Of a stretch of 64,000 nucleotides of DNA, positions 55,160 through 64,000 are shown piece after piece. Every line of letters begins with the position of its first letter. The first letter of the stretch is position 1. A program made the position numbers and the translations under genes. The notes beneath the pieces are model-generated. The model did no database searches. It saw nothing but the letters and a program-made list of their open reading frames with translations, and was not told the DNA's origin. The DNA is from Lytechinus pictus (Eukaryota). The stretch lies in the NCBI RefSeq assembly GCF_037042905.1, contig NC_087251.1:45696001-45760000 (forward strand). The letters run 5' to 3'.

Positions 55160-55330
55160 ATGGCAACGAAATGTGAGAAAGAATCTACGTGTAGAATTTC
55201 ACTAAATGGCTTTGTCACTCAAAATATTAAGAGTAGAATAGTCACAGAGATTCTTAAATATCTTCTCTACCATCGGGAGCAGATACCACTGCCTTTTGAC
55301 CAGCTATATTTTCAATACCAGCGACCGGAA
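55160..55330 (+). CDS. MAD2L1BP: MAD2L1-binding protein (p31comet) exon 1
   Basis: ATG at 55160. EILKYLLYHREQIPLPFDQL resembles p31comet ELLKHIMYQRQQLPLPYEQL. Donor gtgagt, phase 0. Confidence 0.88.
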
Positions 55331-56165
55331 GTGAGTAGCTCAGTCCCATGTATTTTGTTTAGCGTAGTTTTATGGGTGTGATTTCGAGTTAATTATTTTG
55401 TAAAGAAATTAAGAATAAAATAAATTATGAAGAACGAAGACTGAGAAAAAGAAATATATTGAAAGAAACTCAATTGAGAAAGGAAGAAAAACAAGAGAAA
55501 GAGAACAGGTAAGGGAAAAGGAAAGCAGATAAATGATGCTCTAAATGAGTCTAGGCCCCTAATTAAATAATATTATCAGTAAAGACGTCTAACTATTAAA
55601 AAGACTAAAGTAAAGGGAATGTTATTGTTAGAAATAGATTAGCAAAAACAAAAATAGCCATTTGGACTTTTTTATTCTTTAAACACGTTTATCTAGACGA
55701 AACACAATTGCCAGTCTGTCGAGGCTATCGAGACTTGTTTACCAGAGAATGCATCACGAGTACTCGGAGTAGAGTTTCGTCCAAACAGGTGGATGAACCT
55801 CTATGGTTTCGTGCTATTTTTTTTCTTTTTCGATTTGTCACTATCAAACACCATTGAACGAATCAGTAATCCAAGCTATGCGGGGAAGTTACAAATTGAT
55901 GCAGGGGTTCGAGCCCTGGTCACGTCTTTCGGATGGTGACGTTAAAGGTCGGTCCCAGACGTAAATAATCATATCTGATTGATACACGTCTGACAAAACT
56001 CAAATACACACACACACACAGAGGAGTGACGGTCATTGCCATTGGAGGTGGAAAAATCGGGGAGGTTTTTATTCATATTTCAATTGATACTAATCACTGA
56101 GAATGTTCTTTATAATATAAAGTTATGTTAAATATCCCACTTGATCTAGTTCGATCAATTAAGTC

Positions 56166-56357
56166 CACTCACAGTCACATGTACATGTATTGCGAGGTTA
56201 GTATAGTATACTAACCTCGCACCATGAACTGCGTTTGGCAGTGGATTTCTAACTAGTGGATCGCGCGTGCTGCGGATCCCACTACTGGTGTCCCCAACAC
56301 ACGACTTCTATGGCTTGATTTTTCTGTGCGCGGCGGCATGTAATGAACCCTTGGGTG
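56166..56357. mobile_element. Short element with internal palindrome, copy 1
   Basis: cactcaca...cttgggtg; flanks aattaagtc / gatcaagtc. Confidence 0.65.
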
Positions 56358-57130
56358 GATCAAGTCGTGATACTTGGTCTTGGGATGAGAGATGGGGCAC
56401 TCCTAGTATCAATGAGGTCCAAACATTAACATGTATGGACCTCATAGGCGACAATACCGTATTTACCTGTGTGTCTTTCCCTGCACCCAAGTATTTAGTG
56501 ATATATCACTAAATACAAGTCGTGTGCAGGTCTGTTCCTTTTCCTTTTAGGATTGATTTAATTTTTAATTAATATTACCCATTTTAGCATTACTTTGAAT
56601 AAAAAAAAAGGGAAACTTACATTTGAGTCCTATTTCCAGCTTTTCTTGGCAGTCAGTCCAGTCACCTTGGAGTGCAATCGAAGCGGTACGAAGCTGATTT
56701 TCAGATCATGTGATACGCGTAGTCGTCACCTGATCGGTCGGTAATCCTTCTTGAAAGACATCAATAATTATAAATTTTATTATAAAATATATATAGAATA
56801 AAATATTGTATGATATTTTATACATCTCTACTATTAAAAAATACTCTGTGATATTAATTTCATACTTGACATAAAAAACAAAATATGTATTAAAAAAAAC
56901 CAACAAAACAAACGCCTTGGACACAATGCAAAAAACCTAACGATTTGGCTGCATTGTTAACAACTATCGTAAGGGGCGCTCTATTTATAAATAAAAAAGA
57001 ATGTGCAGCTGTCTACCGCAACGTGGTTTGTCGCAAGAGTTGGGACAAATCTGTGGGAATTCTGCAGAAAATGCAACAAAAGAACCGGTTAGTACCGATT
57101 AAACATTGTTAATTTATTCCTTAGGTTATA

Positions 57131-57598
57131 CAGTGCGTCCCACAAAAAACGAAACCGAGATTTATCGATGATTTATCATAACTTAATCACAAATACAATA
57201 GACAAATGACCTACCATTTTAAAGCTTAGAATCTCCTCTTTCATCTGGTATTACTTAGATAATTCCTCATTCACGCATGAGTGAGCAAAAACAATAACCT
57301 TTTTACTTCTTGACCATTTTCTGTGATTAAGGTATCAAATAAAAGAGCAGATATCGAACTTTTCAGTCATGTGATTTTCTCTTTGAAATTCAGATACCCC
57401 CCGCCAAATGAGTTTTTGGTATCCTTTCTTCAAATTGTTTTTGCTCACTCATGCGTGAATGAGGAATTATCTAAGTAATATCAGATGAAAGAGGAGATTC
57501 TAAGCTTTACATTGGTAGGTCATTTGTCTATTGTATTTGTGATTAAGTTATGATAAATCATCGCTAAATCTCGGTTTCGTTTTTTCTGGGACGCACTG
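57131..57598. mobile_element. Tc1/mariner-type MITE, TA TSD, ~165-bp TIRs
   Basis: ta|cagtgcgtccca...tgggacgcactg|ta with long near-perfect inverted arms. Confidence 0.85.
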
Positions 57599-58969
57599 TA
57601 TACAGTTTCTCAACATAGGTAAGTATAGGGGTGTTGCCTAGAGTGGGATGGGGAGGAAAATAGATGATGTTTTTATTGTCCATGCTACGGTATGCTGCCG
57701 AGAACGAGGTTATATTGGCTATATAACCTCGTTCCTGGATGAGTGTAATACGCCTAATGTGTATGAAGGTACGAAAAATCTGTTAGTATAAATATGAAAA
57801 ATGAGAGGTTTCTTACCAGACCGATCTCGTGTAGATCCCTGGATCCATTCGTAAACACTACAAATACAATAGGCTTAACCCTTGAACCGCTTCGTTATGA
57901 CGTAGCTTCAGTAAGCGATGTTACAAAATGCCGTTTTGAAGAACAATTTATAGATAGAAATTATTCTTTAACAAATAATAAAATTTGAAACTTGATTATA
58001 AATAATTATTATTATAATAATAATTATTGTTTATTCTTGGGGTCTGTTAAATTAAAAAGAGAAACAGTTGAATCTTAACTTGCAAAGTTGAAAATATGAA
58101 ATTAATGATTTTGAAGTATTATTTTCTTACATACAGTCCACAATAAGGTTACATAAGGTTCAGTTCTGGACGCAGGATCTTCTGTTCCTCTGTGTCCTGA
58201 TATACAAAGACGTTGAAAGAATTGTCGCGGTTAGATATATACATGTATGCCTTTTTAATGACATATTTTATCAATATTTCTACTATAGAACTTAGTAAAA
58301 ATAGTAACTGTTTTGTTAGGACCAAGAAGATCCATGATTGCTGAGGGTGTGTGTGTTTAATGTTTCCACTTTCACTTTCATTTCAGTAGTATGTTCAGGG
58401 ATAGGGCTCTCTTAGACTTTGTGCAGACTACCAGCCAGGCTAGCTCCATCCATTTTGGAGTCAAATGTTAGACAAAAATTTTTGCTCCTCTCATTCTTGA
58501 TTTAAAAAGAAAGGCCTGACCTGTGCTTGATTACCTATCTGATATCTGATTTAAGAAATGAAATGGGAAAACCTGGTCACCAAAAAACAATCCCTGAATG
58601 AAAACTAAAGATTTACTTTGCAGAAAAAAAATGAAAAGAAAAAAGAAAAGAAGAAAGAGAGAAGGAAAGGAAAGGGAAAGAAAAAAATGATGAAAAGAAA
58701 TGTAAAGAAAAATATAGAAGGAAAAAAAATGAAGGAGAAAGAGAAAAAAGAGAAGTAACACAAATATGAAAGCAGCTATTAATGTAAAAAAAAAAAAAAA
58801 GCTCAAAAAGCAGTGGCAAATATAGTAATTTCTTGACTAGTTGCCATCCAAACCAAACGAAGAAGAAGTCTCAGCGGCAGAGCCTAGAGACATAATAGAC
58901 CTATTGGAATTTTGGTATAATGCTGCAGGTCAAGAGAGTGATACCATATTACAACCGTTAAGACTCCAT

Positions 58970-59143
58970 CACTCACACGTATTGCGAGGTTAGTATACTA
59001 ACCTCGCACCACGAACCGCGTTTGGCAGTGGATTTCTAACTAGTGGGTCGCGCGTGCTGGGATCTCATTTCTTGGGTCCACAACACACGACTTCTATGGC
59101 TTGATTTTTCTGTGCGTGGCGGCATGTAATGAACCCTTGGGTG
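58970..59143. mobile_element. Short element with internal palindrome, copy 2, perfect 9-bp TSD
   Basis: agactccat|cactcacac...cttgggtg|agactccat. Confidence 0.75.
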
Positions 59144-59284
59144 AGACTCCATGGGATTCGGAAAGAAAAAAAATTCAGACAAGATTTAGCCCAAATTTTT
59201 TTCCTCAAAATCAGCACTTTGGAATAAAAAAAAAAATGCACATGAATTTTTAATTAATATTATTGTTACTTGTTTTGTTTTTAG

Positions 59285-59812
59285 ATCAATGAAGCTGACC
59301 ACAAACACACCCTGTTCAAGAAGCGGATGACGCAACTACTGAAGGAAAGTCAAGAACTCTTTGTGAACATCGATTCCCTCTTCCAGGAAACCGATATATC
59401 TCACATCATTGTCCTCTTTGGTTCGACTGTCATAAGCCCCAAGGAGGTGTATCACATACGATTCTTGAACAACGAACAAACGTCCCAAACTCTTTCCGTG
59501 AAGCACTGTGTTAGGAGCGTCGCAAGGTCGCTCATCACCAGCTCTCCGCTCGGGGACAGCCCTCTCCCGCCGGTCACCAACATGGTCCTAACTGCACATG
59601 CTCCTAGGTCGTGCAACCCGACCTGGTTCAAGCCCAAGGCCAACTTCAAAGTTCCGAAAATGGGCCGTCACTGCAACATTGACATTAGCTGCGGGATGAT
59701 GCATAGCAGAGTGTCCTCCGAAGAACACATTTGGATGCAGACTCCTTCTGGCATCAAAGGTCTCAAGGACACAGTATCTCCTAAAGCTCCAAGCGACCTT
59801 TGGTGTAGTTGA
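59285..59812 (+). CDS. MAD2L1BP: MAD2L1BP exon 2 (last coding)
   Basis: ttttag| phase 0, in frame with ORF 59327-59812. Motifs FGSTVISPKEVY, WFKPKANFKVP and IWMQTPSGIKGLKD match the p31comet HORMA-like region. Confidence 0.9.
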   Translation: MNEADHKHTLFKKRMTQLLKESQELFVNIDSLFQETDISHIIVLFGSTVISPKEVYHIRFLNNEQTSQTLSVKHCVRSVARSLITSSPLGDSPLPPVTNMVLTAHAPRSCNPTWFKPKANFKVPKMGRHCNIDISCGMMHSRVSSEEHIWMQTPSGIKGLKDTVSPKAPSDLWCS

Positions 59813-60456
59813 TGAAGAAAATTATATAACAGATAGTTGTTTGATTTTATTAAGTTACATTCACCTTATAGGATAATAGAATGGAGTGAGCAGTGCCTTG
59901 TGATATACATGTATCTGACTTGCAATCAGATTCTTTAGTTCAGGGTTGCTCATAGATTTACCAATACCATTGATATCAATCATAACATTGATTATGTCTG
60001 TTATATTGCAAGGCACTAGGCTAGAAATTGAATATAAAATTTCAATACCTGCAGTGCTCAGTCATCATAGCTCTGTTTTTATAAATGACATTCATCTTTT
60101 GTGTTATTTTTTCTACAATGAAATCATGTTAATCTTTTTATTTTGTTGTAATTGAATAATTTTAATATTTATTTATTCTTGAAGCTGATAACTTTATTTA
60201 GTGATTAAGAAAAGAAAGACATTTTATTTGTTCCTTAAATGCCAGCATAGTCAATGTTGTGGATAAAAATGTATGATTTTCCTCCTTTTTTCTGACCACT
60301 ATATGCAAGTATGTTCTAATGCCCCCTGGTATGACTACAAATCAACAGTCCTTTTTAAAACGTGGATGAAAAGATGTCCATTTAAGGAGAATATGGATGA
60401 TTTGTCACGCAATGTTCTCCTTAATTTTAAGATTCAAAAAGTTATTTTGCAATCAA

Positions 60457-60580
60457 GCATTGTGGTCTAGTGGCCTTGACTCCGGCCTTTCAATCAGAGG
60501 GTCGCGGGTTTGAATCCCAGCCATCGCATTAGTTTCCTTCAGCAAGGGATTTTATCCACGCTGCTGCCCTCAACCCAGGA
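60457..60580 (+). mobile_element. tRNA-derived SINE head
   Basis: A box tggtctagtgg, B box ggtttgaatccc, then cttcagcaagggatttatccac; no intact cloverleaf or acceptor stem. Confidence 0.7.
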
Positions 60581-61249
60581 TTCGAACCCTGAAAGCTGCC
60601 AGGTTAAAGCTGGAGTGATAATATCCCATTCCTTTGAATGTGCATGGAGACAATAATGTCCTATATCCTGTGTATGATTCTTATCATTGAAAATTGTCCC
60701 TAACAGCTAACCATGTTATTTAGCGGGCAATCCATCTTTTGTACATTGCAGCATGTGACACTGGTACTGCCAGACTGTTAAAAATTGCTGTCGGGCCAGT
60801 AACTTTTCAGAAAAAGCCAGATTTACTGGTCTGACATGGCCAGTAAGATTATATCTCACTGATACAAAATATATTTTCTTTTGTAAATTATAAAAATGTT
60901 CTGGCCGCCTTGCATCTAAAAAAATGGCTCTCATGAATTATGCTGTGTGTGTGTACTGCTTTCTTTTTTTTTTTTTTTTTTTTTTTGGGGGGGGGGGGTA
61001 ACAATAAGCAATAAAAGACAGCAAAATAAATTCGAAGTCTTTTTAAATATTTTTCTTTATTTTGGGACCAGTAAATTTTAGGTTCGGTCCAGTAAAAAAT
61101 GGAAAAACTGGGTATACTGGTCCGACATGATCAGGTCGGACCAGAAGAAAAAAGGGTTAATGTGGAGCCCTGGTTTATCGTAATGATTGGCTCTCCCTCG
61201 TGTCATTTAGTGAAATTAATATATATTCATTTTAATATCCCTACTTGTG

Positions 61250-61402
61250 GAGATGTTTTGGTGTAGTGGTTCAGTCACTTGACTCTTGCACCAAGGGTCA
61301 AGGGTTTGAATCCCACCCAGCACTAATGTCCTTTTGCAAGGCACTTATCCATGTTTGTTACTCTCCAGTCCACCCAAGTGTTTAATTGGTACCCGGTAGG
61401 AT
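61250..61402 (+). mobile_element. tRNA-derived SINE
   Basis: tggtgtagtgg / ggtttgaatccc boxes, then gcaaggcacttatcca...ggtacccggtagg. Confidence 0.7.
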
Positions 61403-61412
61403 GTGAATGTGT

Positions 61413-64000
61413 ATGGTCCTTTTCACGGTCAAGGGTGTAACTTTCAAAATTCAAGATCAAAATTTCAAAATGGACTGTCATAAACATTTCTACTAAAAAC
61501 AGGTCAATAAATATCTTAATTCTTCATTTCTCTCTGTTCTGGAGCTTAATCTACTTGAGAAACCTGAAAAAATTATGTGCAACTGTGAAAAATAAAAAAT
61601 AAATGAATAAAATCAGTCTTTTGATTTTATTACCAAAATGACAAATTTTTTCAAGGAAAATATTTTCATTTGCCATTTTTTATTCACAAATTAAATGTTC
61701 TTTGAGGTTTTTAAAAGTTTTGGAATCAAACTTTATTAGTTTTGTAAAAATTTCTATGAGTTCTTGAAATTTATCACAAATTTTGATTTTGACAACAAAG
61801 TGTTTAAAATTACATGTCTTCCAAGAGGAAGAGGAAAGCAAAAATTATTGTACATTAACTTCTCCATGAATGTTTATTACTACCACAAATCCCATGGAAA
61901 TCAGATACCAAGTAAGAAAGTTGGAAATTTCTCACAAGTGTGTTTCGGAGGCTTCAGTTAACATAAGTATGTGTTTCGGAGACTTCAGTCATGTTAGCAC
62001 TATAAAAGTCCCTTATTAAAGTTGATTACTTTTACAACTCTACCTTTTTCATATGGCATATCAGTTATAAGACTGAATGCAAACAAAATCAAACAAACTA
62101 ATGTCTTGTGAATGGGAAAATGTGAATGGGAAAATGTAATTCACGAATGTTAACTATTACACAAAGACCAATGCCTTGTTGCTAAGATAGGTAAACATTC
62201 AGCTTTAAAGGGAATATAGTAATAGAAATACATCTAACTACAGAAAAGAATATTTATGATGCATAAACAAAGTGATGAAATGCCGAAACTTGTGTTTCAG
62301 TGGCTTTGCTAGGGTTCACAGAGTGTTTCGGAGACTTCAAACATGTTAACATATTGCATTTTCCATCATTTAGCTAACAGATTATTTAAATTTTAACACT
62401 TGTTTATTGTTATGTTAAATCCAATTATTAAAAAAAATCCCAAATTATCTGTTAAGTTCAATGCAGAAAGTTGGTTGGCAATTAATTTGTTATATGCCTT
62501 TAGTGTTTAGGAACATAGCCATGAGCAATCATGTACGTGCAATTATTGATACTGCACTTTCTGATTTACTTAATAGCAATTTACTTTGCATTATACAACA
62601 ACAAGCTGTTTAAAAAAGTACATACAATACATGTAAGTTATATGTACATGATTATAATTCAAAACAATTGTTGGTATTGGAATCACTTGTAGTGAATGGT
62701 GTTAGGGTAATTCTATTTATGGCAAAAGTACTAACTATCCACCTATACCTACCTAGAGCTCAAGCTCATAAAATTAATCAAATTATAGTTGAAAAAAAAT
62801 TGTTAATCATAGGACATTATTGTCAACACAGTCTTCTCAAGGATTTAGTTAGTTATTTTCTCAATATCTAAGTTTTAAATCATGCTTTGCTTTTATCTTG
62901 ATCTTTTGTCATCTTTGGCACTTGGTTTTCTTCCCACCTTTTTTCTTAATGAAGACATACATCGTAAGCTGTACATAAAGTATTTATAAACAAATCATAT
63001 AAAATCACATTCTAAATTGCATCTAAATATACCTTTCAAAACTTAATATTTTTGTAGAGACAACCTGGCAATTGAAATCTAAGTATGAGACAAAATTGTG
63101 AGCAGCTTTTGTATAAATTCAACTGAAATGAAAATCCTTCAAGGCAAACAGATTGCAATACATCTGTCACAGAAAGTAATTTAAGAAAGTTTCCTTTAAG
63201 CCTAAAACTTATAATGGTATATGGCAAAGAGAATGAAGCCTCTGAATCATACGAGAATTTACATGTACATGTCTCAGATGCCTTGATATTTGAGAAAATG
63301 CAAAGATTAATTTTAAATATTTGTATATTAAAGTGTTCCTAAATTGTTCCTAAATATTACATAATTTACATTGTATATTTGTGCGCATGTGTGTAAGTAT
63401 GCACGTATCTACACAATAAAGTAACCTAAATTTGATAGAGGGTAACACATGTTTACAACTGTAAAATTGAATCACAAATACAAGTTCTTTTGTATATCAT
63501 TAAAAATATGAAAATCTGATGAAGACATGCTCATTCCTGTAATTTTAGAGATCAAAACCAAACGTGCTGTTGAAAAAATGCCAAATTTTTCTTATCCAGG
63601 ACATTGGAATAACACAAAATACCGGCGGTGTTAACTCTTCTTTGAAGCCTCCAAAACAAGTGTTAACATAAGTTTAGGATGCCTGTTAATTTGGGAAAAT
63701 GCAGAGCTTTATTTTGAGCCACTGTATATTACAATATTAACGTTACATGGTTTATATGTGTGAACTTTCTTTCTTTTAGTTAATGTGTAATTTTTATATA
63801 TTCTGAGTTAGAAATAGGGAAATGCATGTTTTATGAGTGGAAAATACCATCTCAAATACTTAGCTCAGGTATAACTTAAAAAATATTATTAATTCATAAA
63901 ATGAAATATGTTTCTGTTCTTTAGTAGATCAAAAACAACCAAAATAAATTTAAAATGTGAACACTCTCTTATCTATGAATTCAGAATAACAAAAAAACAT
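61413..64000. repeat. Probable large AT-rich non-autonomous DNA element running off the window
   Basis: Dispersed gtgtttcggag(g/a)cttca repeats at ~61941, 61972 and 62323, plus an inverted copy at ~63643-63665; no transposase ORF seen. Confidence 0.35.

Noticed and set aside
58841..58928. Open AG...GT segment that could be a middle MAD2L1BP exon
   Set aside because: Its 88 nt would shift the frame, the donor is weak (gtcaag), and exons 1 and 2 already join in frame.
60457..61330. tRNA-like sequences with A and B boxes
   Set aside because: No complete acceptor stem or cloverleaf, and both continue into a shared SINE body, so they are SINE heads rather than tRNA genes.

Overview
AT-rich, intron-rich animal genomic DNA. 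The repeat landscape looks like an echinoderm such as a sea urchin, but that is an inference and was not verified. Three spliced protein-coding genes can be reconstructed by hand with GT-AG splice sites and consistent reading-frame phases. (1) The 3' part of CFAP36/CCDC104 on + (8 exons, 25-13848; the first exon lies upstream of the window). (2) A complete PPP4R3/SMEK on - (16 coding exons, 51774-26234, about 843 aa), tail-to-tail with CFAP36 as in the vertebrate CFAP36/PPP4R3B locus. (3) A two-exon MAD2L1BP/p31comet on + (55160-59812, about 232 aa), divergent from PPP4R3. Most other ORFs in the track are spurious. Introns and intergenic DNA are full of MITEs, SINEs, Helentron-like elements, an RTE LINE relic and tandem repeats. 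The most notable observations are: nested transposons that pack more than 20 RFX X-box-like motifs into one intron of the ciliary gene CFAP36; a candidate stop-containing (poison) cassette exon in PPP4R3; a CDE-CHR (DREAM) motif just upstream of MAD2L1BP; and a small palindromic element family with a 9-bp TSD. No prokaryotic-type system (CRISPR etc.) is present, and I cannot claim a demonstrated new system from sequence alone.
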